From NCBI RefSeq assembly GCF_001194135.2, contig NC_068981.1, positions 179,269,874 to 179,328,514 on the forward strand: 58,641 bases of DNA, in the 5' to 3' direction. This DNA comes from Octopus bimaculoides (Eukaryota). This document shows positions 25,049 to 37,999 of this stretch, piece by piece. The position numbers and the translations under genes are program-made. How positions within the stretch are numbered: position 1 is the first letter of the stretch; every line of letters begins with the position of its first letter. The notes under the pieces are model-generated. The model did not search any database, was not told the DNA's origin, and saw only the letters and a program-made list of their open reading frames with translations.

Positions 25049-25833
25049 NNNNNNNNNNNNNNNNNNNNNNNNNNNNNNNNNNNNNNNNNNNNNNNNNNNN
25101 NNNNNNNNNNNNNNNNNNNNNNNNNNNNNNNNNNNNNNNNNNNNNNNNNNNNNNNNNNNNNNNNNNNNNNNNNNNNNNNNNNNNNNNNNNNNNNNNNNNN
25201 NNNNNNNNNNNNNNNNNNNNNNNNNNNNNNNNNNNNNNNNNNNNNNNNNNNNNNNNNNNNNNNNNNNNNNNNNNNNNNNNNNNNNNNNNNNNNNNNNNNN
25301 NNNNNNNNNNNNNNNNNNNNNNNNNNNNNNNNNNNNNNNNNNNNNNNNNNNNNNNNNNNNNNNNNNNNNNNNNNNNNNNNNNNNNNNNNNNNNNNNNNNN
25401 NNNNNNNNNNNNNNNNNNNNNNNNNNNNNNNNNNNNNNNNNNNNNNNNNNNNNNNNNNNNNNNNNNNNNNNNNNNNNNNNNNNNNNNNNNNNNNNNNNNN
25501 NNNNNNNNNNNNNNNNNNNNNNNNNNNNNNNNNNNNNNNNNNNNNNNNNNNNNNNNNNNNNNNNNNNNNNNNNNNNNNNNNNNNNNNNNNNNNNNNNNNN
25601 NNNNNNNNNNNNNNNNNNNNNNNNNNNNNNNNNNNNNNNNNNNNNNNNNNNNNNNNNNNNNNNNNNNNNNNNNNNNNNNNNNNNNNNNNNNNNNNNNNNN
25701 NNNNNNNNNNNNNNNNNNNNNNNNNNNNNNNNNNNNNNNNNNNNNNNNNNNNNNNNNNNNNNNNNNNNNNNNNNNNNNNNNNNNNNNNNNNNNNNNNNNN
25801 NNNNNNNNNNNNNNNNNNNNNNNNNNNNNNNNN

Positions 25834-25883
<50 letters not shown>

Positions 25884-26312
25884 ACACGCATAAGTACGCA
25901 GTCGCCGTATTCCTGGTGAAATCGTAAGGTGGCTACATGGTTTCTCTCGTTTTCTGCATTGCTATTTCACATGTGTAAACTACGTATTTAAATTTTTGCT
26001 GTAATGTCTAGATGTGAAACAGATTTTGATATTTAGCAAAGGAACTGAAATATCTAACATTCTCTTATAGATTCAGAAAATGAACGGTTCCAGAAATTCA
26101 AGAAAGATTTCTTTGCTTTTGACACTCATTCAGATACTATTAAATCGAATGCGTATTTCTATTTAGGAATTTATAATATTCGCTATTTTAGCTTTTCTTA
26201 TTTTCTGTATCCTTTTGCCATTTTATGCTTACGCAACCTATATATGTATACATACATTTATACATGCATTCATATACACAAACGTATGTATATGTACGTA
26301 TATTATATATAC

Positions 26313-26344
<32 letters not shown>

Positions 26345-26899
26345 TTATATATATGTATATACATACAAACACACACACACATATATCTATATATACATAT
26401 ATATGTGATTAAATATATGTCAGTATATTTTAAGGATATATATATATGTACTCATATATATATATATATANNNNNNNNNNACACACACACATATATCTAT
26501 ATATACATATATATGTGATTAAATATATGTCAGTATATTTTAAGGATATATATATATGTAGTATGCATGAAAAACGTTAGAATACTCGTGAATTTTATAA
26601 CCAATGACGTTTTGGTTATCAGTACATGAAATGAATTTCATACGAAATGTGAACACGTACTGCGTATTAGTTTAACTCCTTCGTATGCAACCATTTCTTT
26701 CTATTCACCATCACACATTTCGTTCATTAACACATATACTGTAGTGCACATATTGTAATGGAAGTAATTATACAAGCATACACACATTTGGTGATGTACA
26801 TAAATATACCTGATGTCTTATGAATGTGTGCATGTCAATATGTAATTCTGCTGCACATTAAAATACTTGCATATTGCAGAATATAAATGCCTACATGTA

Positions 26900-27778
26900 C
26901 GGGGTGCGATCGGTAAATTGTCTGATCGCTCTTATAAGAAAAGAACTACTGAATTTGTTGGTGAGTACCAGGCCACGATTGACAACGATCCTCTAAGGCA
27001 ATCAGGTCTAGCACCAGGGATATGGGTGTGCCTGAGTTTCTTATCAGGCAGCTAGTGTATGAAGACATTCGATAGTCCTCATACAATATGAGAAATGGCC
27101 AATTTTTATCCTAAGCCAACGAGGACAAGAGGAAAGACCGTGCTACGAAGCGTTTGAACAATCACAAGCATTCTCTCCAAGCGAACATACTCTGGTTTTT
27201 CTCACACGAGAAAAATTCATGCCAGGGTCAGATGGTGAACACTCAAAGCAACCGTTGGCTTGCCGTATCCCCAAAGCATATATCGAGAGTGATAAAAATC
27301 AAACATTCCGTCAACATCATTGTGTTTGGAGTGATCGCTAGTGATGGTGACGTTATTCCTCTATTCATCTTCCCACACGGCCTCAGACTCAACACAGAGA
27401 CCTACATCAAATGCCTGGAGAAGGAAGTTCTCCCCTGGGTCAAGAGAGTGGCTGCTGAAAGACCCAATATCTGGCAACAGGGCTCTACATCATGCCCCAC
27501 AAGCAGGAGGACCGAGTCATGACTGTCAGACAATTTCTGCGACCACATTACCCTTAACATGTGGCTACCTACATCAAGTGCCTGGAGAAGATGTTAGGAT
27601 CAATGTGGCAGCATTCATCAACTTAAACAAGGAGACCCTTCAGAAAGATTCCAAGAGATTCTGAAGTCATCTGGAGAATGTGGTTGAAACTAATAGTAAT
27701 TTTATTGAATAAATTTATTCTTTAGTATTTCAAGATATTTTTGCGTAATTTAAACGTGAGTTTATTCACAGAACCCTG
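26900..27778 (+). mobile_element. maT (DD37D)-like Tc1/mariner remnant, internally deleted
   Basis: FFSHEKN..NTQSNRW..IVFGVIASDG..WQQGSTSCPTSRR correspond to the first two D motifs, both mutated; TA flanks; ends ACCCTG-TA; third-D region is missing, so the family call rests on overall resemblance. Confidence 0.8.
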
Positions 27779-27782
27779 TATG

Positions 27783-27844
<62 letters not shown>

Positions 27845-28096
27845 CAGATATAGGGTGCATTCCAGATGTTTTAAGATTATTATAGGAGAGAGTTTATCCT
27901 TACTATATTTCTACTAAGCTGACCTACCATCTTTTTTTTATTCTAGATTAAAGGAGACAGCTGTAACACTACTTTCGATACACCATACAAAACACTGCAT
28001 GTCACAGCTGAATAGTTTTCAGAATGCAGACGAGATGTTAAGGCAATTTGGAAACTCGCTCTGCAATAAAAGCTTGGGTTAGACTGGGTATGAACC

Positions 28097-28133
<37 letters not shown>

Positions 28134-30310
28134 TTGCTTCAGTCATGGGAATGCGGTCATGCTAGAGAACTGCCTTAAACTGTTTAGTACTTATCGACCC
28201 CAGTACATGTTTTAAAGTCCTGTGATCACTCTATATTGTCTTCTGTGGATGGCGGACAGTCTGAACTCTTTCTTCATCATGAAGACAATGACGACACATT
28301 GCTTATGCATGAAACGCGTTATTTATAATGAAGAACAGGAAGAAAAGTTACTCTCGGGGAAAATTTACTCTAACAACATGTGCAATCTGAACGACCAAAG
28401 TCAATTAATAAAAAAAAAGTGTTATGCCCAAATTTGCCATTGATTTTAGTACAGTACTCTCATAATATGGACTGTTATACAGAGCACGATGAAATGCGAT
28501 ATTATAGGGAGGTTTCTAAAGCAATATTTTATATGAAACAGAATATAGATAATCTAGAACCCTGTTATTCGGCAAATACTTAAAATGGTACTTCAAAGAT
28601 CACTGATATAAGATGGAGAAACGTATATTGTAGAAATAATGATATTGAATAAAACATCATTTTGTACTCTATATATAAAAGTTATACCTCTCTGTAGTAT
28701 ATGCTGCGCAGTATTACACAAAAGATAGTAGTGCACAAGTTAATAAATACTACATATAATACCATACCATGTACAATAGGATACAATAAAGTATGAAACA
28801 CTGCACTGTATATATAAAGAACAGTATAGGAATGCCAGTAAAAATAATAAATACAGAGACATCAATCAAGCTTAGACGTGTCGAATTTGAATAACTGAAT
28901 TTTGTTTTTTCACTGAGATTGTGATAGAGGAAGAAAAAGAAAGAGAGAGGGGGGAACAGAGAAACAAGAATGTATGTATACAATAGGAGGAGGAGAAGAG
29001 AAAATGAGACAGGCAAATTGAAAATCAATGCTTCTGAACCAAGCGTAAATTTTCTAGAATTCCTGCCAATTCCATCATCAGATATGTGTCCATGATTTCA
29101 TAGAAAATTAGAAAAAATTGGCATTGAATCAAATTAATTCATAGTAATGATGTTGGGCCTCATAAGAGTTTCTCTTGGCAGCTTTTCGTTTTCGTTTCGT
29201 TTATTTCTTTTAAATGTTATTTGAAGTGCTGTTTGTTTTCCTTTAGTTTCACCACATTATCATCAATAGTTAAACTAGTCGAAAACAGTAAGGAAGTTCA
29301 CCATTGCGTTGTATTTTATCCAACCATAATGGGCAGACGTCAGAACTATCTGTACTAAGAATGTGTACCTTCCTATTAAGGATATGGGAAGTCCATTGAA
29401 CAGCTGCCTATCACAGGTTTCTGTTGGGGTAAGTGAATAAGAGATATTTTCCACACCTTAATATCTCTGCTAACTCTTCCCATCGGAGAGATTGATTTTA
29501 GCATAGAAGAGTTAGTGAATAAGTTTTCAATTAGACAGTGAGACGGCTGAATCCAGGCGTGAAATATACCAAAGCGTCCTCATTACATATTTATATGGAG
29601 GAAGCCGGTTCTATCTAAGTTTTAAAGCTTTGGCTGAGAAAAATATAGTGTGTCGATGATAAAGCGATACAACAGTATGTCTGTTTTATATATGCGTCCT
29701 CATGAGAGAAGTAGTCATTTCATTTAGGACAGTCTCTTCTCAAAGGTAATACATTCACAGGAAATTATAATTCAAAAATTAAACCCCAAAATTCTCAGTA
29801 TTTCGTTTTTTACAAGCTTTAGAAACTTGTATTTAATTAGATTCTGATTGCAAACGCTGAGATTGTTAATATAGCTTCTACCTTTCACATTTGGTCGATA
29901 CAATAAATGCTAGTAATATATCATACGTTAACAGAATCGACCATAACTTACTCTTTTCATCTTCACATTTGTTGCTGTGCAAGAAATCGTTCGGATTATC
30001 ATTATAATAAAAAGAAAATGTCGGTTTCATGTTGTCTGATGTATACATGTTAATATCGTTGTGATTGGGCATGAGGTTATGGCCCTCGTGTATGTCATTG
30101 TTGCCCGCTTCCTACGCCAGCACTTTCTTTTATAATTAACTTTCCCTCTAGTTTCAGAGAGACTCTATATCTAGAAGTTTCGTCCCTAACCACACAGTTC
30201 CGGGTTCAGTCTCACTGCTTGGCACCTTGGACAATTGTCTTCTATTATAGCTTCAGGGCGCGACCAAAGCCTTGTCAGTATTTAGCAGATGGAAATTGAG
30301 AGAAGCCCGT

Positions 30311-30343
<33 letters not shown>

Positions 30344-31364
30344 NNNNNNNNNNNNNNNNNNNNNNNNNNNNNNNNNNNNNNNNNNNNNNNNNNNNNNNNN
30401 NNNNNNNNNNNNNNNNNNNNNNNNNNNNNNNNNNNNNNNNNNNNNNNNNNNNNNNNNNNNNNNNNNNNNNNNNNNNNNNNNNNNNNNNNNNNNNNNNNNN
30501 NNNNNNNNNNNNNNNNNNNNNNNNNNNNNNNNNNNNNNNNNNNNNNNNNNNNNNNNNNNNNNNNNNNNNNNNNNNNNNNNNNNNNNNNNNNNNNNNNNNN
30601 NNNNNNNNNNNNNNNNNNNNNNNNNNNNNNNNNNNNNNNNNNNNNNNNNNNNNNNNNNNNNNNNNNNNNNNNNNNNNNNNNNNNNNNNNNNNNNNNNNNN
30701 NNNNNNNNNTATATATATATCTGTGTATATATATATATGTATATATGTATATATATACATACGTACATACATATATATATATATATGTTAGCCGATGTAA
30801 ATGTTGATTGGTAGGCTGATTTCTCCAGTTACACTTTACTTCTATAGAGGAATTGAGTGGAGTGACAGTAAAATAGGCCAACAGAGTTAACATTAGAGGT
30901 GCAAAATAGGTGCAGCAGGCTGCAAGGCAGAAGTTTAAATGAATGCTACACACAAACAAATACGCGGCTGGAATGAAACAGGGAGAGAATGAGAGGAAGT
31001 GTGTGTGTGTGTATGTATGTGTGTGTGTGTGTGTGTATATATATACATATATGTGGAGAGAGAGAGAGAGAGGGGGCGAGAGAGAAGTACAGTGGGTGTT
31101 ATGTAGATCTCACGAATTTTACAAATTATATTTCTTTGGCTGTATATAGGAAACAGGATTTTCTTCTACGAATATTGTAAATTAAAATTTAACATTGTGT
31201 ATGCGCATTTATGTAAGTACATACGAGTACTCTGTCAATAACAACTCTAATATTTTGGACACTCTATTCGTAAAGCGGCAAAATTCCACTCTATTTCCAA
31301 CTCTACATTTAAGTCGATGTACTTATCCAAATCAACATCGCATACGTACATTCATCTGTCTGTC

Positions 31365-31373
31365 TGTCTGTAC

Positions 31374-31423
<50 letters not shown>

Positions 31424-31450
31424 TTGTCTGTCTGTCTGTCTCTCTGTCTG

Positions 31451-31510
<60 letters not shown>

Positions 31511-31540
31511 CCTACCTACCTACCTACCTACCTACCTACC
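31365..31540. repeat. Compound tetranucleotide microsatellite (TCTG)n-(TCTA)n-(CCTA)n
   Basis: Visible directly. Confidence 0.95.
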
Positions 31541-31822
31541 ACTTCGTATGTCTCAATCTGTTTCTCTATATCTCTGTACGTCTATATGTCTACAAACTTA
31601 TTCCAGTCTGTATTTACAAGGGGCTTCCATATGAATCGAGTAATCTCGCTCTTTGCTCCACCCTCTTTCTCTCTCAGTGTATATGTGTGTGCATTTTAAT
31701 ACATCTAAATGCACACGATTTGCTTTTTTTTAATGCTCTCTTGTATACGCCAATGTTTATATAACCATCTCTTCTCCAGTATGCTTGTACATATAGTTCG
31801 GTACATACCTTTTATCGTTTAT

Positions 31823-32031
31823 CTTTTACTTGTTTCAGTCATTAGACTGCAGCCATTCTGGGGCAACACCTTGAAGTACTTTTAGTCGAATGTATCGACC
31901 CAATAATTACTTTATAAAATCTGGCACTTATTCTATCGGCCTCGCTTACCGAGGCGCCAAGTTACAGAGACGAAAACATTCCAGCACTGGGGTTGTGAAG
32001 CGGTGGTGATGGGACACACAGACACAACCCC

Positions 32032-32079
<48 letters not shown>

Positions 32080-32262
32080 GTATATATATATATATATACG
32101 ACGAGCTTCTTACAGTTTTTGTCTACCAAATCCACTCACAAGGGTTTGGTCGGTGGCTCGGAGCTATAATAGAAGACTCTTGCCCAAGGTGTCATGCAGG
32201 GAGACTGAACCCGAGACCATGTGGTTGGTAGCAAGCTTCTTACCATACAGCTACGCCTGTGC
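31823..32262 (-). mobile_element. Full-length SINE S1 with internal (TA)n
   Basis: Reverse complement of 34033-34463. Confidence 0.9.
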
Positions 32263-32275
32263 GTATAAAAATATT

Positions 32276-32370
32276 TGTCAGAAGTTGGATTCGAACCCAC
32301 GCCGACGTTGGTGGACCAGAATAATCATTGTCCTTGTGTCTGGCGCCTTAGACCACTTTATCATCCTGAC
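32276..32370 (-). tRNA. tRNA-Leu(CAA) with 11-nt canonical-position intron; D-stem disrupted, probable pseudogene
   Basis: GTCAGGATG..AGTGGTCTAAGGCGCCAGAC-A-CAA-G-[GACAATGATTA]-TTCTGG..GCGTGGGTTCGAATCCAACTTCTGACA; acceptor and anticodon stems pair; T5 terminator just downstream; D-stem GCC changed to ATA, U33A, one T-stem mismatch. Confidence 0.8.
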
Positions 32371-32457
32371 ATATGTATAAATTAAAACATAATTACACCC
32401 TCAATCCCAATAACACTTACTAATTAGCAAAATATATACATATATATATTTGTGTGT

Positions 32458-32795
32458 GAAGGCGCATGGCTCAGTGGTTAAAGCGTCGAGCTTACGATCG
32501 TGAGGTTGTGAGTTCGAATCCCGGACCGGGCTGCGTGTTGTGCTCTTGGGCAAGCCACTTTATTTCACGTTCTTCCAGTTCACTTGTCTGTAAAAATGAG
32601 TTGCGACGTCTCTAGCTCCATGCTGTATCGGCCCCTTTGCCTTTCCCTTGGATAACATCGGTGGCGTGGTGAGGGGCGACTGATATGCATGGGTGACTGC
32701 TGGTCCTCCATAAACAACCTTGCCTAGACTCGTGCCTCGGCAGGTAACTTTCCAGGTGCAATCCCATGGTCATTCATGACCGAAGAGGGTCAACC
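32458..32795 (+). mobile_element. Full-length SINE S3
   Basis: GGCGCATGGCTCAGTGGTTA A-box, GAGTTCGAATCCC B-box, core and tail as in 10818-11145. Confidence 0.88.
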
Positions 32796-32899
32796 TATAT
32801 ATTTGTGTATCTTTATATACATATGTAATTGTCGTTTCTCGGAGTCATTAAACTGTCCGAGAAAAGGTTCTGCGATAACATTTTCGGCTCTGTGAAATC

Positions 32900-33480
32900 C
32901 ATTTTGATTTTCATTCTTTGGACGTCGATAAATAAAGTACGAGACCGGTGGTTACTTGATTATTCTCTTACTTCTTTCTCTCTTTCTTTCTTACTCTCTT
33001 TCTCATCCTATTTCTCCCTGGAAAAAATAAGTTGTGTTCAAACAAGGAGAGGAATAAGCTTCGAAAATACTTTTTTGTGTAATGGGCGAAATTATATATG
33101 CTTCATTCTTTTTCAGCTTCTAGATGTTGCATTTTTTTGTGCGGTTTGCCGCTCGTCTCTTCAAAGAGGCTCAGTTGTATTTTTTTCCACGAAATGGTGA
33201 TCCGATGTGATATTTGATCTCTTCATTGTTCGAGTGTCTGTCAAATTTCGTCTTGATTCTTTGGATTTCTGCGATTGGTTTAGATTTCTATTTTCATATC
33301 CAATAACTTTCATAACACATCCATCCGATCTCCGATAACAATATCTTCAAGACAACATTAATACACGTAAAGTTAGGAATTTTTTACATCCCAGTACTTA
33401 CTTTGCTACTCAAAACTCTCAAAATATATCGTCTTGATTTGTAGCTATAAAATTTTCAAACGAGACTATAAAAACAAAAG
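32900..33480 (-). pseudogene. RTE-type LINE APE endonuclease, C-terminal part, decayed
   Basis: Minus strand reads DTRTMKRSNITSDHHFV (SDH motif at 33197-33205). Confidence 0.6.
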
Positions 33481-33559
33481 TTTAACATGTAGCTTCGAAA
33501 GGAGCATCAGTTACAGGATACAGGAAGGAACCAGGCCATGTGACTCATGAAAAACCTAT

Positions 33560-33800
33560 CGACAATAAAAGGCAAGAGGCATGAAAAATATATCGCATTC
33601 GAGTATTAGAACTTCGAGTATAGATGAGACATGAATGGGGAGAATAAAGTAGCTTTAGAGGGAAAAGGTGTATTTCAGCCATGGAAATGAAGACACCAAG
33701 CGCAAGGAAGGTGCCATCATCAAAGGTGAAATGTGAGGTAGTGAAAATGATGATCGAATGGGAAGAGATACCATCAAGAATAATTAATTCAATGCAGGAA
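33560..33800 (+). pseudogene. RTE-type LINE APE endonuclease, N-terminal part, decayed
   Basis: ARGMK.YRIRVL; YFSHGNEDTKRKEGAII; MMIEWEEIPSRII, with frameshifts. Confidence 0.6.
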
Positions 33801-34032
33801 TGAAGACACCATGATCGTCCTTAAACATAAAGCGTTCCAAAAGAGTATAAAAGAAGAGCTGCAGATAGTTATCAGTTAAATGAGATGAGGATTAACCTTG
33901 GAATTAATGCGCGCGCCAACACACACGCACGCACGCACGCACGCACGCACGCACACACATACGCGAAACAGACACGTGCGCGCGCGCATGCTTTGTGTGA
34001 AAATATGCACATATATGTATAAAAGTATGTAT

Positions 34033-34190
34033 GAGTGGCTCTGTGGTAAGTAGCTTGCTTACCAACCACATGGTCCCGGGTTCAGACCCACTGCGTGGCA
34101 TCTTGGCCAAGTGTCTTCTACTATAGCCTCGGGCCGACCAAAGCCTTGTGAGTGGATTTGGTAGACGGAAACTGAAAGAAGCCCATCGTA

Positions 34191-34249
<59 letters not shown>

Positions 34250-34463
34250 ATGTTTGTGTGTCTGTGTTTGTCCCCCCAACATCGCTTGACAACCGATGCT
34301 GGTGTGTTTATGTCCCCGTTACCTTAGCGGTTCGGCAAAAGAGACCGATATAATAAGTACTAGGATTCTAAAGAATAAGTCCTGGGGTCGATTTGCTCGA
34401 CTAGAGGCGGTGCTCCAGCATGGCCACAGTCAAAAGACTGAAACAAGTAAAACGAGTAAAGAG
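34033..34463 (+). mobile_element. Full-length SINE S1 with internal microsatellite
   Basis: Head, (TA)n(TG)n middle and GAAACAAGTAAAA tail are all present. Confidence 0.92.
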
Positions 34464-36321
34464 TATACACACACACACACTCACACACACACATACGCAC
34501 ACACACATAAAAACACAAACACACACACAACCATCTGTCCGTTTATGCCCAAACAACGTCATACGCATACACATTTACATCCATCCACTAATAGCCAAAG
34601 ATTAGTTCAGCAATGCAAACAAACTGTACAATAGTAGATCAATCAGTTACCCTTATAATAAGCAGATGTTATTATATACATATATGTTACAAGTGATTAT
34701 TTATTGCTTAGCATTTCCTTTGTATTTATTCTAATATTCATATACACTTCATACTAAATATCACTGACGCAAAATTTCTCAGTTAAGCTCTCCATTAGAG
34801 TCTCATAATTAGACAACTCGTATTGTCAATTCTATTATAAGTGCATGTGTGCACTTAACACACTGCTGCACTCTGCCACACACATGCATTTCGACCGTTT
34901 CTCTACCCACGTGTCGCATATCACTGTGCTTACAAAATACCCTGAATTTCATAAAGTATTCCTGGTGATTCATGTAAGCTGTGCTGCCTGCCCTTCTGAC
35001 TCTCTGTCTGACAACATGCCTTTATCCATCCCATCGTCGATGTATCACACTACTACAAATACCAACAAACCCAAGCTATTTATCTACAAATACCCATGGA
35101 CAGATAAGACTTCAGCTAATAAAATTACCGCTATTACATAATTATTTAGAATATTCTTTTTAAATTTGGTATTTCCTATGTACAAAGATTGCATAGAAAT
35201 GACACAATCTGAAGAGATGTGAGATGAAACGGCGAAATACTGAAGAATCCTGAATTCTAAATACCTAAGCAAAGTGTTATCCTATGCATAGCCTTGAAAT
35301 CTGATTTTCTTGGCAGTACACCTACACGGTTGATAAACCATAATTTTTTACACGTATACATGCACCCTAGTCAGACAGACAGACACACACACACACACAC
35401 ACACACACACGAACACACACACACATACACACGAACACACACACACGAACACACACACACACGAACACACACACAATATATGTGTGTGTGTGTGCATACA
35501 CATATATTTATTACATTTTTGCATATATATGTATTACATAATTAGATTCACGTACATATATATAACCATACATGCACGCACTTAAACACGCATGTGTATA
35601 AGTATGTACTAAATGCATGCATACAAGCATACACAATCACACACGCATCTCACCTACTGAACACTTGTGATCCCTTATATGTGAAATAGTGTGTGTTTCT
35701 ATGTACATGGACGGATGTATGAATATATTTGTGATGCAGCTCACAGTCGTCTATATATTTTGGTTTGACAATGTTACAACTAGCTTAACTAAAAAATTAG
35801 CTAGCATTGAGACTTTGTTTGCAATACCTGTTTTATTACATCTTTTTCAACTATTTTTTGTGTGATGCATTTAACTTCCTCATTTATTATAAATAGTTGC
35901 TCTTCACTAACATTGATTAATGTTATGTTAGCAGCACCCAATGGTTTCTTAAATAGCATCTTGAACTCGGAAGTATCCATGATATTCTAAGTAAGTATTA
36001 AAGGTTCCTTTCAACGCATTCAACAATTTAATCTTCTGAAATTGATATAAAACTCATGTTACAGTTCTGAGATTAAATGTGAGAGCGAGTCATATAAAAG
36101 ACAAAAGTCATGAGTGACTTATATAAAATTCTATACACCTCAAATCCTACATATGTATAACTCAATGCCATTTTAATACTATGGCGCTCTTAGATTAAAT
36201 AAAAGTGTAACTAAGTACGTATAAATACTTTGGGAGAAACACTGTTGATGTCTGCCTTTTGCAGTATTTTCTAGCGTTCTAAAAATATCACACGGCTTTT
36301 GCTAGTTGTTGTTATCGTTGT

Positions 36322-36417
<96 letters not shown>

Positions 36418-36565
36418 TGCTGCCACTGCTGCTGCTGCCACTGCTGCTGCTAGTCCTTACTTGGCATAACCTCAGTTCAAGCAAAGCATTAGAAGTGATT
36501 TTAACTGCTAGCAATGTGATTCAATCGAATGTAATCTAACTTGGTATTCTAGGACAAGCCAGTGC

Positions 36566-36612
<47 letters not shown>

Positions 36613-36676
36613 GTAATAATAATAATAATAATAATAATCATAATGATAATAATAATAATGATAATAATAATAATGA

Positions 36677-37476
36677 TAAAAGACAGATACAGAGGAGGAG
36701 TGACCTGAAGATCGATGCAGAAGTACCTATATGCGTAACAAAGAAACATGCGTTAGGGACCAACTATGTGAAGTGCAGAATTGACAACACTACCAAGAAC
36801 GACAGATGCAGAATGTGTGGTAAGAGGGGTGAAACGGTGTGGCACATCGTTAGCGAATGCCCGAAATTGGCACAACGAGACTACAAACGACGCCATGACA
36901 ATGTGGCAAGAATGATCCATTGTAGGTTCTGTTGAAACCACGGCCTACGAATAGAAAAGATGTGGTATGAACAAACCCCAGAAGGAGTCACTGAGAATGA
37001 AGATTACAAAATCCTGTGGAATGCAATGATTCAATGCGGTCACCTGATCACCTGATTGGAAACCGGATATTGTTGTAGTGAATAAAAAGGAAAGAACTTG
37101 CATGTTAGTCGATACAGCATGTTCCGGTGACAACAGGGTCAAAGAGAAAGAAGAAAAACCAAACAACCACGACGATTTGAAATGGGAAATACGAAGGTTA
37201 TGGTCAATGAGGTGTGTACACGTGATACCAATAATAAATGGCACACTTGACGTATCAGCAGTCAACAACCAGCATGGCTCAAAAAGTTTGGTACAAATTT
37301 AAAGATGGAACACCTACAAGTTTGGTACAAATGTAAAGATAGAACAACTGCAAGAATTCTTCGCAGGGTTTTTGAAGCATGACCAGTAATCAAGTGTCAC
37401 CTTACTCTGCTGGCTGTGGGCAGCTGGCACTTTCCATCGTACCCAGCAATATAAGCTGAGAGTTTTCATCAAAAAT
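36677..37476 (+). mobile_element. 5'-truncated R4/Dong-type non-LTR retrotransposon (CCHC plus restriction-like endonuclease)
   Basis: CRMCGKRGETVWHIVSECPKLAQRDYKRRHDNVA; KPDIVVVNKKERTCMLVDTAC; (TAA)n upstream and an ATA-repeat tail. Confidence 0.88.
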
Positions 37477-37496
37477 GATAATAATAATCCCACCTG

Positions 37497-37692
37497 CAAC
37501 GGCACAAGGCCTCAAATTTTGTGGTGAGGTGTTAGTGAATGACATCGACTCCTTTGCACAACTGTTATTTGACAGACCCCAAAAGTTTGAAGGGCAAAGT
37601 CAACTGCGGCGGAATTTGGACTCAAGACGAAAACACGGACAAAATGTTGCCAAATATTCTTGCCCAGTGTGCTAACAGTTCTGCCAGCTGGT
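37497..37692 (-). mobile_element. SINE S2
   Basis: Reverse complement of 606-823. Confidence 0.85.
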
Positions 37693-37711
37693 GTGTCAAT
37701 ACTACTACTAG

Positions 37712-37746
<35 letters not shown>

Positions 37747-37999
37747 ATAATAATAATAATAATAATAATGATGATGATGATGATGATAATGACGATGATG
37801 ATGATGACTTTGATGATGACGATGATGATGATGATGATGACGATGATAATGATGATGATGATTTCTTTATTAACCAAAAGGGTTTACATGAAGAAAAACA
37901 TTACGAAAGCACAAGAAAAAACAAAAAAAATGTGTGTGTGTAGATGTGTGTGAGTGTGTGTAGTTGTGAGGGTTTTGCGTGTAAAGAATACTAATACAA

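Noticed and set aside
26370-26560. ~80-bp direct duplication flanking a 10-N gap
   Set aside because: Typical unmerged contig overlap, i.e. an assembly artefact
29030-29090. Minus-strand CTGATGA-TGGAATT/AATTCTA-GAAA with a 7-bp stem II
   Set aside because: No stem III, cleavage triplet or stem I; probably chance
21207-29287. Candidate plus-strand exons at 21207 (YNVKFLGA, PTB-like), 26071, 27947 and 29247
   Set aside because: Donors are weak or missing, phases do not chain and no protein is recognisable
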